DNA of 64,000 nucleotides from an uncultured Chloroflexia bacterium (GTDB lineage: Bacteria; Chloroflexota; Limnocylindria; Limnocylindrales; CSP1-4), in NCBI GenBank assembly GCA_963768035.1, contig CAVYGJ010000002.1, positions 593,079 to 657,078 on the forward strand, in the 5' to 3' direction. This document shows, piece after piece, positions 17,631 through 27,624 of this stretch (positions within the stretch are counted from its first letter, which is position 1; every line of letters starts with the position of its first letter). The position numbers were made by a program, and so were the translations under genes. The notes under the pieces were generated by a model. It was not told where the DNA came from. It did not search any database and saw nothing but the letters and a program-made list of their open reading frames with translations.

Positions 17631-19523
17631 TTGTGCTGGGCGAGGTTTGTCATCTGCGGGATCACCGGCTTTTTCGCGCCGGGCACGCCGGTTGCGCCGT
17701 GGTTCGCGGCCGCGACCGAGGTCGCGCGTCACCGCGGGCCGGACGGCGACGGCGTGTGGGCGGCCGGCTGGCCAGAGGCGATGTCCCTGGCCTCGCTCGC
17801 GCGCGACGCGGTCCCGGGCGGCGGATCGGCGGCGCTCGGGTTCGTGCGGTTGTCGATCCTCGACCTGGGCCCCACCGGGCGCCAGCCGATGGTGGAGCCG
17901 GGACGCGCGGCAATCGCCTTCAACGGGGAGATCTACAACTACGTCGAGCTGCGTGAGGAGTTGCGCGCGAAGGGCTGGACGTTCACGTCCACCGGTGACA
18001 GCGAGGTCCTGCTCAAGGGCTGGCTCGAGTGGCGCGAGGACTTGTTCGCGAGGCTCAACGGGATGTGGGCGTTCGCGATCTACGACTCGGAGCTTGACGC
18101 CATCGTCCTCAGCAGGGACCGGTTCGGTGAGAAGCCGCTGTTCTGGACGCCCTGGAACGGCGGCGTGGCGTTCGCATCCGAGGTCAAGCAGCTGCGCGAG
18201 TTCCCGGGCATCGACATCCGGCTCGACCGCGCACGGGCAGCGGGCTACCTCGCGACAGGCAGGCCGTACCTGGGTGCCTCGTCGTGGTTCGAGGGCGTCC
18301 ACCAGCTGGAGCCCGGTACGAGCATGTTCGTGGACCGGTCCGGGCGACGGATCGTCCGCTACTGGAACCTCTCGACCGCGGTGGCGGGCGTGGAGCCGTC
18401 GTCGCATCCCGACGAGTGGCAGCGCCGCTTTGCTGACGCGTTCTCGGATTCGGTCCGCATCCGGCTCCGATCCGACGTTCCGGTGGGCACGTCGCTGTCG
18501 GCGGGGATCGACAGCTCAGCGGTCATGGCCGAGGCCACGTGGCAAGGCCATCGCGGCTACCACAGCTTCACGGTCACGAGCGACGATCCGCGCGTGGACG
18601 AGGGCCCGAGCGCGAAGGCGTTTGCCGCGGCCATGGGCTCGACGTGGCACCCGGTCTCCGTGTCCGGCGAAGGCTTCGCCTCGTGCTGGGACCGGCTCAC
18701 CTGGCACCAGGAATGTCCGGTCCCGGGCACGAGCCTGTACGGGCAATGGCGTGTGATGGAGGCGGCCCGGTCGCAGGGCGTCATCGTGCTGCTGGACGGG
18801 CAGGGCGCGGACGAGGTGCTCGGCGGCTACCACAAGTTCCTCGCCGGGATCCTCCTCGCCCGGCTGCGGGCCCGGGACCCGTCGGCTATCCCGTTCGCGA
18901 TCGCGTTTGGGCGCCACCTCGGTGGCCCGCGCACGGTGCTCCACGCGGGCAACCGGTACCTCGGCCGGTTCCGCTCCACGCCGGACCTCCGTGACAGGTT
19001 GCTGGTGCAGCCGGACACGGCGGAGACCGCGCCGGCGATCCGCGGCGACCTGCGCTCGATGCAGCTGGACGACATCGAGCGCTGGAGCCTGCCCAACCTG
19101 CTCTCGTACGCCGACCGGAACGCGATGGCCTTCGGGGTCGAGGCGCGCCTTCCCTACCTGGACCCGCACGTGGCGACGCTCGCCCTCGCGATGCCGTCGC
19201 AGGTCCTCGCCCGCGACGGGTGGTCGAAGTGGCCGCTCCGGCAGGCGCTTGCCGACCGGCACGGCGAGATCCCGGCCTGGCGTCGTGGCAAGCGCTGGTT
19301 CGGCGTCCCCCAGCGCGCCTGGCTGCGCGGGCCGCTTGCGCCGCAGGTCGAAGACTGGCTCCACGCGCCCCACCCGGGCTGGGCGGAGCTTGTGGAGCCC
19401 GGCCACCTGCGGGCCTACGCCGACGCGTGGGCCGCCGCCCGGCGACCGAGTGTTGCCTGGGACGAGCGAGTGTTCGAGCTGGTCGCGCTCGACCGGTTCC
19501 TGCGGACCTGGTTCCCCGCCTAG
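17631..19523 (+). CDS. Asparagine synthase (glutamine-hydrolysing) family amidotransferase, AsnB-like
   Basis: Class-II GATase motif CGITGFF, then GEIYNY, and the synthetase domain SGGIDSS-type motif (LSAGIDSSAV), LSYADRNAMAFGVEARLPYLD. The catalytic Cys (17655) is preceded by ATC, not ATG. The nearest in-frame start is TTG 17631, with GAAGG 4 nt upstream. Confidence 0.8.
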   Translation: MCWARFVICGITGFFAPGTPVAPWFAAATEVARHRGPDGDGVWAAGWPEAMSLASLARDAVPGGGSAALGFVRLSILDLGPTGRQPMVEPGRAAIAFNGEIYNYVELREELRAKGWTFTSTGDSEVLLKGWLEWREDLFARLNGMWAFAIYDSELDAIVLSRDRFGEKPLFWTPWNGGVAFASEVKQLREFPGIDIRLDRARAAGYLATGRPYLGASSWFEGVHQLEPGTSMFVDRSGRRIVRYWNLSTAVAGVEPSSHPDEWQRRFADAFSDSVRIRLRSDVPVGTSLSAGIDSSAVMAEATWQGHRGYHSFTVTSDDPRVDEGPSAKAFAAAMGSTWHPVSVSGEGFASCWDRLTWHQECPVPGTSLYGQWRVMEAARSQGVIVLLDGQGADEVLGGYHKFLAGILLARLRARDPSAIPFAIAFGRHLGGPRTVLHAGNRYLGRFRSTPDLRDRLLVQPDTAETAPAIRGDLRSMQLDDIERWSLPNLLSYADRNAMAFGVEARLPYLDPHVATLALAMPSQVLARDGWSKWPLRQALADRHGEIPAWRRGKRWFGVPQRAWLRGPLAPQVEDWLHAPHPGWAELVEPGHLRAYADAWAAARRPSVAWDERVFELVALDRFLRTWFPA

Positions 19524-19564
19524 CCGCCGAGCCGACGGCGGTCCCCGGCCGCGCGAAGTGAGCG

Positions 19565-20929
19565 TCAGCCGCGCCGCATGAAGCGCCGGACGACGCCGGT
19601 GCTCGCTGCCCACAGGAAGCGGGCATCGCTTGGGCGCGGGATCCAGAAGTCGATCGTCCGTGCGCCGACGCCCCGTGCCGCGATCATCGTGAGCAGCACG
19701 GACGTCAGCGTGTAGGACACGAGCGACGCCGCCGACGCACCGACGATCCCGAAGCGCGGGATGAGGAGCAGGTTGATCGTGGCGTTGACGGCCAGCGCGA
19801 CGAGCGTCACCGCCGAGACGGTGCCCGGTCGGCCGATCCCGCGCAGGTAGGGGCTCACGACGTTGGTCGCGCTCAGCGCAACGACACCGGGCAGCAGGAC
19901 GATGAGCGCAGGGATGGACGGCACGAACGCCGGCAGCAACAAGACGATCATGATCACCGACGCCGGGACGAGCAGGATCGCGAAGCCCGCGGTCACCACG
20001 AGCGTGATCCGCGACACGAGCGCGACGTGGCGGTCCGCATCCTCGCGCGCGGACCCGGCGACGTGCGGGAAGAACAGCGTCGCGACGGCCCGTGGAAAGA
20101 AGAACACCATCTCGGCGAGCCCGACGGCCATGCTGTAGTAGCCGAGTGGCGCCGCGGAGTCGACCATGAGGATCGCGATCAGGAACGCGTCCACGCGATA
20201 GCTGAAGAAGCTCGCGAGGCTGGCCGGGAAGTAGGCGATTCCGTACCGGAACAGGTCGCGGTACGAGGACTGCCCCGGCCGGGAGATGACTGCCGTGAGC
20301 CGTCTCGCCCCGATCCCGAAGCCGACGGCCTGGATCGCGACGGACATGATGTACACCACGAGGGCCGTCTCCACCGTGGCCCCGAACCCGCCGAGGACCG
20401 CGACCAGGAGGATGGTCGTCGCGATCGAGAACACGACGTTGACGACCCAGTACCAGCGGACGCCCTGGCGGGCCATCACGATCGCCGTGCTGAACGTGAC
20501 GTGGAGCGCGGCGGGGAAGGCGAGGAACGCGAGCAGCACGAGCTCTGTCGTCAGCCCCGCGGTGCCCGCGCCACGAATGACCGGGAGGACCACGGCCAGG
20601 CCGACGAGCGCGACCACCGACAGCGCGCAGGTGAGCACGACCGTCTTGCGCATGATGCCGCTGCTCTGGCCGCGCGCAGCGTAGAAGCCGAATGCCTGCG
20701 GCAGGCCGAGCTGGAGGATGACGACCGCGGTGGCCGGCAGCAGCACGATGAGGTAGTACTCGCCCTTGGCGGCCGGGCCGAGCAGACGGGCGAGCAGGAT
20801 GCCGTTGACGATGCCGAGGGCGGCGCTGAACACCTGGGTCACGAACAGGACGACGACGCGGTCCGAGAAGGACCCAGCCCGGTCGGCGTCCTGGGCCACG
20901 GCACCCGGCGGCGCGGTCGCAGGCCCCAT
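19565..20929 (-). CDS. Wzx-type polysaccharide/oligosaccharide flippase (MOP superfamily)
   Basis: 454 aa with ~12-14 TM segments. The composition is typical of polysaccharide-biosynthesis (Polysacc_synt) transporters. Confidence 0.75.
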   Translation of the reverse strand: MGPATAPPGAVAQDADRAGSFSDRVVVLFVTQVFSAALGIVNGILLARLLGPAAKGEYYLIVLLPATAVVILQLGLPQAFGFYAARGQSSGIMRKTVVLTCALSVVALVGLAVVLPVIRGAGTAGLTTELVLLAFLAFPAALHVTFSTAIVMARQGVRWYWVVNVVFSIATTILLVAVLGGFGATVETALVVYIMSVAIQAVGFGIGARRLTAVISRPGQSSYRDLFRYGIAYFPASLASFFSYRVDAFLIAILMVDSAAPLGYYSMAVGLAEMVFFFPRAVATLFFPHVAGSAREDADRHVALVSRITLVVTAGFAILLVPASVIMIVLLLPAFVPSIPALIVLLPGVVALSATNVVSPYLRGIGRPGTVSAVTLVALAVNATINLLLIPRFGIVGASAASLVSYTLTSVLLTMIAARGVGARTIDFWIPRPSDARFLWAASTGVVRRFMRRG

Positions 20930-21010
20930 CGCCTACGTCGGCCGGTGTCCCACTCGCCGCGTCGCCCGCCACCGCGGGACGCGGAACGTCGTCGGCGGCA
21001 CCTTCTGTCG

Positions 21011-21936
21011 TCACGACTCGCCGCCGAGGAGTTCGGCGATGCCCGCGCGCAGGGTCGTGGCCGGCCGCCAGCCGATCGACCGCAACCGGGCGGCAGAGAC
21101 GCTCGAGGCCGTGATGTCGCCGAGCCGCCGCGGCTTCCACGTCCTGCCGAGCGACGTTCCCGCGAGCGCCTCGACCGTGTCGGCGAGCGCGACGATCGAG
21201 GTGCGCCGTCCCGAGGCCACGTTCCACGCGCCGTCGGGAGTCTCCTCGCGGCCGAGCCGGAACAGCGCGTCGGTGACGTCCCGGACATGGACGAAGTCGC
21301 GGGTCTGCGTTCCGTCGCCGTGGATCGTGAGGGCCCCACCGGCGGCGGCCTGCTCGACGAACGCCGCGACCACCGCCCCCTCGAGCCCGGGCGACTGGCG
21401 CGGGCCATAGACGTTGGATGGCCGGGCGATCGCGCTGGCGATCCCTGCGAGCTGCACGTGGCCCTCTGCGGCGAGCTTGTGGACGCCGTAGTGCGACAGC
21501 GGGGCAGGAAGGGTCCGCTCCGTCGCCGGCCGCGGCGTCTCGCCGTAGATCGCGCCGCCCGACGACGACGAAGACGAGCCGCCGGGCGCCGGCATCGCGG
21601 GCCGCGTGCGCCACTCGGTGCGTGCCGATGACGTTGATCGCAAGGTCGCGCAGCGGGTCCTGCACCGATCGGACGACGCTCGATTGAGCGGCGAGGTGGA
21701 AGACGGTCGCCGGCTGCCACGCGCGGAACAGCCGCTCGAGGTCGGCCTCGGTGATGTCGACCGCCTCGACGCGCGCAGCGCTGGGGACGTTGGCGAGGAG
21801 CCCGGTCGACAGATCGTCGACGATGAGGACCTCGATGCCGTCGCGCGAGCAGGCGATCCACGAGGTGGCTGCCGATGAAGCCCGCACCGCCGGTCACGAC
21901 GGCCCGCGGAGCAGGTGTGGAGCGGCGGCGCTCCAT
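21011..21936 (-). pseudogene. GalE-like NAD-dependent epimerase, two frameshifts
   Basis: AVVTGGAGFIGSHLVDRLLA (frame 0), DGIEVLIVDDLSTG...FHLAAQSSV...NVIGTHRV...RRLVFV (frame 2) and SSGGAIYGE...YGVHKLAAE...HGDGTQTRDFVHVRDV (frame 1). The switches lie near 21843 and 21565. The length is not a multiple of 3. Confidence 0.8.
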
Positions 21937-21940
21937 CGCG

Positions 21941-23923
21941 TCAGCCACCATCGGCCGTCGCCCGTGCCGCGATCGCCGCCTCCTCGGCGAAGCGCTGTTG
22001 GCCGGCGACGCCCGGCAGGTCCGCCCAGTGCAACCGCAGCCATGCCTCGGTCACGAACAGGCGCCACAGGTGATCGGTGGGCCGGCCGCCGAGGTGCCCC
22101 TCGGCGAGGACCCGCTCGACCTCGGCAGGCGCGACCCAGCCGCGCTGCACGAGCTGGCCACCGCGCAGCAGCCCGAGCAGGTCTTCTCGGCCCGCCTCGA
22201 GCCATCGCCTGGTCGGCGCCTCGAAACCCATCTTGTCGCGGCGCGCCGCGACCGCGGGCGGCAGTCGTCCCGCCATCGCCCGGCGGAGGACGGCCTTCGT
22301 GATGCCACGGTTGACCCGCAGCCGATCGGGGAGCCGCACGGCAAGCTCGACAAGGCGGACGTCGAGAAACGGGACGCGGGCCTCGATCCCGAACGCCATG
22401 CTGTTGCGGTCCTCGTAGCGAAGCAGGGCCGGCAGCCCGGCCACGGTGAGGTCGTGCCACAGGCGGGCCGCGAGGAACGTCCCGGGCTCGGGCGATGGGC
22501 TCGACCGTCACGGTCCGATCCGCCAGCCCGCCCTCGCATCGGATCCCGAACCGGCCGCTCGACCCCGCCCGGATCGCCTCTACCGCTCGACGGGGAGGCC
22601 GGCGTGGATCGCCGCCCAAGTCGCGGACCGCATCGTCGACGGCCCGCGCCGAGCCTGCGCATCGAGCTCCCTCAGGGCGCCGCCCGGCCGCCGCCCCAGG
22701 AACAGTCCCGCCGTCCGCGAGCCGAGGTAGAGGTCGTAGCCGCCGAGCAGCTCGTCGGCGCCCTGTCCGTCGAGGACGACCTTCACGCCACTCGCCCGGG
22801 CCGCCCGCATGACGGCGTACTGGGCGTCCATCGACCCAGTCGCGTACGGCTCGCCCTGCGCCCGGAGAACCGGCAGGACGCTGCGCAGCAGCGGCGTCCC
22901 CGCGGGCGTTGTCTGGACGAGCTCGATCCCCGCCGCCTCGGCGACGAGAGCCGCATAACGCGACTCGTCGATGCCGTCCTGCGGGAACCGGGCGTGGAAC
23001 CCGAGCCGTGGCATCTGCGTGTGCGCCGGTTCGTCACGCGCGGCCCTGAGTCGCGCGACGGTCGTCACGATGGAAGAGGAATCGAGGCCGCCGGAGAGGC
23101 ACGTCCCGATCGGCACGTCGGAGCGGAGGCGGAGCCCCACAGAGGAATCGAATGTCTCCCGGAACTCCTTCACGAGCGCGAAGTCGCGGTCGCGGTCCGT
23201 CCCAGTGACGCGCGGCCGATCGTCGTCGGCGAGCGGCGGAGGGCCCCAGTAGCGGATGAGGCGCTCGCGGCCGTCCTCGACGACGAGGAGGTGCGCCGGC
23301 GGCAGGGCCGTGATGCCATCGAAGAACGTGGACTCCGAGTGGTCGACCCGGCCACGGGCGAGGAAGTCGTGCACCGCGCCGAGGTCCGGGGACGCGGTCC
23401 AGCCGTCGTCCGCCGTGAGCGGCGCCCCAGCCACCAACGCCCGTGGCTCGCTCGCGACGGCGAGCGCCTGCGTCCCGCGGCGCAGGTACATCGGCTTGAC
23501 GCCCATCCGGTCTCGGGCGAGCACCAGCCGCCGCCGGTCGGCGTCCCAGAGGGCGAACGCGAACATCCCGTTGAACCGCGCGACGGCGTCCACGCCCCAG
23601 ACGCGATATGCCGCGAGGATGACCTCGGTGTCGGTCCCCGTGGTGAAGACTTCGCCGTGGCCACGCAGCTCCTCGGCCAGCTCGAGGTAGTTGTAGACCT
23701 CGCCGTTGTGGATGAGCGCGCATGCCCCGCGGTGCATCGGCTGCGAGCCCGCATCGGTGGGGTCGAGGATGCTCAGCCGGAGGTGCCCGAGCCCGATCTC
23801 GCCCGCGACCCACACGCCTGAGCCGTCCGGTCCGCGATGCGCCATCGCCTCGACCATGCGCTCGAGCGGCCCCGCCTCGACCGGCCCGCCGTCGAGACGG
23901 AGCACGCAGGCTATGCCGCACAT
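21941..23923 (-). pseudogene. AsnB-like amidotransferase, second copy, interrupted by two in-frame stops (or a compensating frameshift pair)
   Basis: Proper MCGIACV start at 23923, then GEVYNY and LSGGLDSS. The C-terminal LLRYEDRNSMAFGIEARVPFLD continues in the same frame after TAG (22580-22582) and TGA (22508-22510). An alternative frame is open across that 72-nt stretch. Confidence 0.8.
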
Positions 23924-23998
23924 GGGCTTGTCCTCGGGATCGGTCGTCGACTCACGCGCATGACGATACACACGAGGGCACCTTCGGGCGTCGCGGCC

Positions 23999-25270
23999 TC
24001 AAGGGCGCCCTTGATGCGATCTTCCAGTGGCGATCAGGCGATACGCGTCCACCAGCACGCCGGCCTCGGTCTCCCAGTTCCAGCGGTCACGCGCCGCGAC
24101 GACACAGCGCGCCCTGAGCGCCCGGCGCGCGGGACCGTCGAGGCCGACGATGGACCGGATCGCCCGTCCCAGCGCGGCCGGATCCGTCGGATCGCACACG
24201 GCGCCCAGCGGTCCCGCCGGATCGTCCGCGATGATCCGCCTCCGCTCCGCGAAGTCCGATGAGACGACGGGCAGGCCCGCGCCGATCGACTCGAACAGCT
24301 TGTTGGGCGTGGACAGGCGGTCGTTGAGGTTGCGCGGCTCGTTGGGCACGACACCCACGTCCGCGGACGCGACCCATGGCAGCAGCTCGGCAGGCGGCAC
24401 GGCGGGCAGCAGGTGCATGCGACCAGCGAGTGGCGGGATCCGGGACTGCTCGAGCAGGGACTCGCGTCGCGGCCCGAACCCGAGGAGCACGAGGTGGACG
24501 CGCTCGAGCCCGGGCTCTCGCATGGCCGCTACCAGCGTGTCGATGCCGCGGCCATCGTCCAGCAGCCCGTGGTACAGGACGATCGGGACGTCCTCGCCGA
24601 TGCCGAGCGCGTTCCGGATGTGGGACGGAGGCGGCTCGGGAGCTGTCCAGCGCGGCACACAGTTGTGCACGATGGCGAGCTTCCTGGGCTGGTAGTGGTG
24701 CTCCAGGTAGGCGGCCAGCCCATGGTTGACGGTGACAACGAGGTCCGCACTGCGAATGAGGCGCCGCTCGTACCAGCGAAGCAGCCGGCGCATCGGACCC
24801 GGGAGGCGCTCGCCCGTGTCCGTCTCGAGGTGGAGGTCGTGCAGGTCGTATACGAGGCCAGCGCCGGACGGCCGCGCGACCCGGGCGGCGAGGAGCCCGG
24901 TGAAGTCGTGCGCGTGCCACACGTCGAAGGTGCCCCCGGTGCGCCTGATCGCACGGCCCCACCGCACGATGTTCCGGACGTATGCAACCAGCCACGAGAC
25001 GCGTGCCACGATGCGACCGATGCCGCCGCGCGCGAGGAATGGGCTCGACCCGTGCGGCACGCCCCGGCGGCCGCCAATCGTGACGACCTGGATCGTGACC
25101 CCATCGCCGACGACGCCAGCGGTCTGCGGCGCCCCGTCGAGGCAGAAGATCGTGACCGCGTGTCCGGCACCTGCCAGGGCGCTGGCCTCGCGCTGGACGC
25201 GGCTGTCGTAGGTGATGTCGCCGAACAGGATCATGGCGACCCGCAACGTGGCGCGCGTCGTGTCGCTCAC
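23999..25270 (-). CDS. Glycosyltransferase family 4
   Basis: 423 aa with GT-B C-terminal motif STPNKLFESIGAGLPVVSSD. The GTG start overlaps the upstream stop (GTGA, 25267-25270). Confidence 0.8.
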   Translation of the reverse strand: MSDTTRATLRVAMILFGDITYDSRVQREASALAGAGHAVTIFCLDGAPQTAGVVGDGVTIQVVTIGGRRGVPHGSSPFLARGGIGRIVARVSWLVAYVRNIVRWGRAIRRTGGTFDVWHAHDFTGLLAARVARPSGAGLVYDLHDLHLETDTGERLPGPMRRLLRWYERRLIRSADLVVTVNHGLAAYLEHHYQPRKLAIVHNCVPRWTAPEPPPSHIRNALGIGEDVPIVLYHGLLDDGRGIDTLVAAMREPGLERVHLVLLGFGPRRESLLEQSRIPPLAGRMHLLPAVPPAELLPWVASADVGVVPNEPRNLNDRLSTPNKLFESIGAGLPVVSSDFAERRRIIADDPAGPLGAVCDPTDPAALGRAIRSIVGLDGPARRALRARCVVAARDRWNWETEAGVLVDAYRLIATGRSHQGRP

Positions 25271-26478
25271 GCACGGTCCCCGTGAGGCGGCGTCGGGTCA
25301 TCGGGCAGCCCGCTCGCCGTGGCGTAGTGCCGTGCGAGCTCACGCGCGTTCGTGTTGACGTCGTAGTGTGCCCGCACATGGGCGCGCAAGCGGACAGCCG
25401 ACGCGGCGGCCTCGTCCCGTCGAGCGTTGAATGCGAGGAGGGCGTCGGCGATCGCCGCCGCGTCAACGGTGGGAAGGAGCGTGCCCCGGCCGTCGGCGAG
25501 CAGTTCGGGGATGCCGCCAACGGTGCTCGCGATCACCGGCAGTCCGACCGATCCGGCCTCGACAAGGACCGTGGGAAGACCCTCACCGTGCGACGGCAGC
25601 ACGAGGACGTCCGCGGCCGCCATGGACCTGATGACGTCCTCGTGCGACTGCTGTCCGACATACCGCAAGCGGTCGCCGGCACGAGGGTCCTCGGACCCGT
25701 ATCCGTGCTCCGGTCCCTCCCCGACGAACAGCACCGTGTATGGATCGCCGAGTCCGGTAGCGGCCGCGGCCAGCTCGCGGACGCCCTTCTCTGGGAGCAG
25801 GTAGCCGACGAACAGCACCACGGTCCGTTCGTCGGTCAGGCCGAGCGCACGGCGCGCATCGGCGCGCGGGATGGCCACCCGATCAATCCAGGCGTGATCG
25901 CTGCCGATCGGGAGCGTCACGGCGTCGACGCCGGTCACGTCGTGGATACGCTGGGCGAGCGCGCCACTGACGGCGAACACCGCGCGCGCCCCGGCGACGG
26001 CGGCGCGGAGGTCCGCCAGGCGCTCCGGGTGGGCGTCGGGCCAGGTGTTCATGTCGTCCCCATGGAACGTCAGGAAGTACGGCAGGCCCGTGCGTCGTGC
26101 GAGCCGCCACGCCGCGAGGGCAGTGATCGTGTAGTGCCCGTGGATCGCACTGGCATGCGCCCAGGACCGGCGCGAACGCCAGGCGGCGCCGGCGATCGAC
26201 CGGTCCGGGCGTGTCCAGCTGGGCTCGCCGGGCACGTTGGCGTAGCGCGGTCGCACGACGAGCACGCCGCCGTCGTGCATCACGTGCGGAGACGCCGCAT
26301 ACAGCCGCCACCGTCGGCGGAGCCGCGCCAGCGGCCACGGGGTGGCGGGCGTGGGCGCCACAACCGTCACGGCGACACCGATTCTCGATAGGGCCTGTGC
26401 CTGGGTCTGGAAGAAGATGCTGCCCACCGGTTCGTCGGCCCACGGGTAGCCGGTGGTCAGCCAGACAACCTCGCTCAA
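25267..26478 (-). CDS. Glycosyltransferase family 4
   Basis: PSHGEGLPTVLVEAGSVGLPVIAS (E-x7-E). The TTG start at 26478 overlaps the upstream stop (TTGA). The upstream part of track ORF 25267..27351 is a shadow frame. Confidence 0.75.
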   Translation of the reverse strand: MSEVVWLTTGYPWADEPVGSIFFQTQAQALSRIGVAVTVVAPTPATPWPLARLRRRWRLYAASPHVMHDGGVLVVRPRYANVPGEPSWTRPDRSIAGAAWRSRRSWAHASAIHGHYTITALAAWRLARRTGLPYFLTFHGDDMNTWPDAHPERLADLRAAVAGARAVFAVSGALAQRIHDVTGVDAVTLPIGSDHAWIDRVAIPRADARRALGLTDERTVVLFVGYLLPEKGVRELAAAATGLGDPYTVLFVGEGPEHGYGSEDPRAGDRLRYVGQQSHEDVIRSMAAADVLVLPSHGEGLPTVLVEAGSVGLPVIASTVGGIPELLADGRGTLLPTVDAAAIADALLAFNARRDEAAASAVRLRAHVRAHYDVNTNARELARHYATASGLPDDPTPPHGDRA

Positions 26479-27548
26479 CCCGCGCTCCCTGGCCGCGCGA
26501 AGGGCTCGGTCGGCGTCATTCGCCGGTCCCGCGCCGGGCGCGGAAGGCGGCCGCGAACGACCCGCGGAAGCGCAGGATGCCCGAGCAGCATGCCGGTCCC
26601 GTAGGCCACGTGGAGGATCGGGTAGACGACCGCGAGGAGCGGCCCCGATGCACGCGTCCCCGGATCGCGGTAGCGGGCGGCCGCGGCGACGATTGCGGCG
26701 CCGTACATGCCCAGCGCGATGAGGGCCATCGACCGCGCCGGTCGCCACAGGAAGCCCAGGATGAACGAGCCGCCGACCCCCGTCACGAGCCCGAGCGGGA
26801 CCAGGTGGCGGGGACGCGCCTGCCGCGGGTGGAGCTGGAGGACCCGCACCTTCCAGTAGCCATAGGCGAAGTACTGGCGCCACAGGCCGGTGAGCGTCGA
26901 GCGGCTGTGATAGCTGCTCTCGATGGCCGGATCGCACACGATGCGGCCGCCCCCGTCGAGGAGCCGGTAGCTCAGCTCGTCGTCCTGGTTGCGCACGAAC
27001 TCCTCGTCGAACGGATAGCGCAGCCAGGTCTCCCGCCACCCGATGCCCATGAACACCGTGTCCACCTCGGCCGGCTCGGTGAGGTAGTGGTGCCGGGCGC
27101 CGCCCACGCCGAAGGGCGTGCTCGTCGCGCGGGCGATCGCCGCGCCGACGTCGCCGTCGGCGACGGCCTGCACCGGTCCGCCGACAAGTTCGGCTCCCGT
27201 CCGCTCCAGTGCGGCGACCGCGGAGCGGATGTACGCCGGGCCGAGCTGTGCGTGCCCGCTGATGATCCCGACGATGTCGCCCGTCGCGGTCCGGACCCCA
27301 GCGTTCCATGCCGCCGCCTGGATCCGGTGCGGGTTCTCGCGGACCGACCACCGCGGCCGGCCTGCGGCAGCCCGGTCCGCGATCGATACCGAGTCATCCG
27401 ACGACTGCCCGTCGTACACGAGCACCTCGAGCCGCTCCGCGGGCCAGTCCTGGGCGGCAATGGACGCCAGGCATTGGCCGATGTGCTCGCGCTCGTTGCG
27501 CATCGCCACGACCAGCGTCACGCTCGGCAGCGATCCGTCGCGTGTCAT
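26475..27548 (-). CDS. Glycosyltransferase family 2 with C-terminal membrane segments
   Basis: 357 aa with VTLVVAMRNERE...AQDWP...VLVYDGQSSDDS (GT-A DxD region) and a QDDELSYR-type motif, followed by hydrophobic C-terminal helices. Confidence 0.8.
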   Translation of the reverse strand: MTRDGSLPSVTLVVAMRNEREHIGQCLASIAAQDWPAERLEVLVYDGQSSDDSVSIADRAAAGRPRWSVRENPHRIQAAAWNAGVRTATGDIVGIISGHAQLGPAYIRSAVAALERTGAELVGGPVQAVADGDVGAAIARATSTPFGVGGARHHYLTEPAEVDTVFMGIGWRETWLRYPFDEEFVRNQDDELSYRLLDGGGRIVCDPAIESSYHSRSTLTGLWRQYFAYGYWKVRVLQLHPRQARPRHLVPLGLVTGVGGSFILGFLWRPARSMALIALGMYGAAIVAAAARYRDPGTRASGPLLAVVYPILHVAYGTGMLLGHPALPRVVRGRLPRPARDRRMTPTEPFARPGSAG

Positions 27549-27624
27549 GGGCTTGCTGGGTCGTGGTGAGTCGGTCGGTTCGGCGGCCGCGTCACGGGCG
27601 CCCGGCGCCGTGGCTGTACGCCGC

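Noticed and set aside
22440-22660. Programmed ribosomal frameshifting or stop-codon readthrough as an explanation for the interrupted genes (asnB-2, the peptidase-like gene, the BNR protein and others).
   Set aside because: No slippery heptamers (X XXY YYZ type) or downstream pseudoknot-like structures occur at the junctions. The disruptions occur in unrelated gene families, and several genes need many shifts in both directions.
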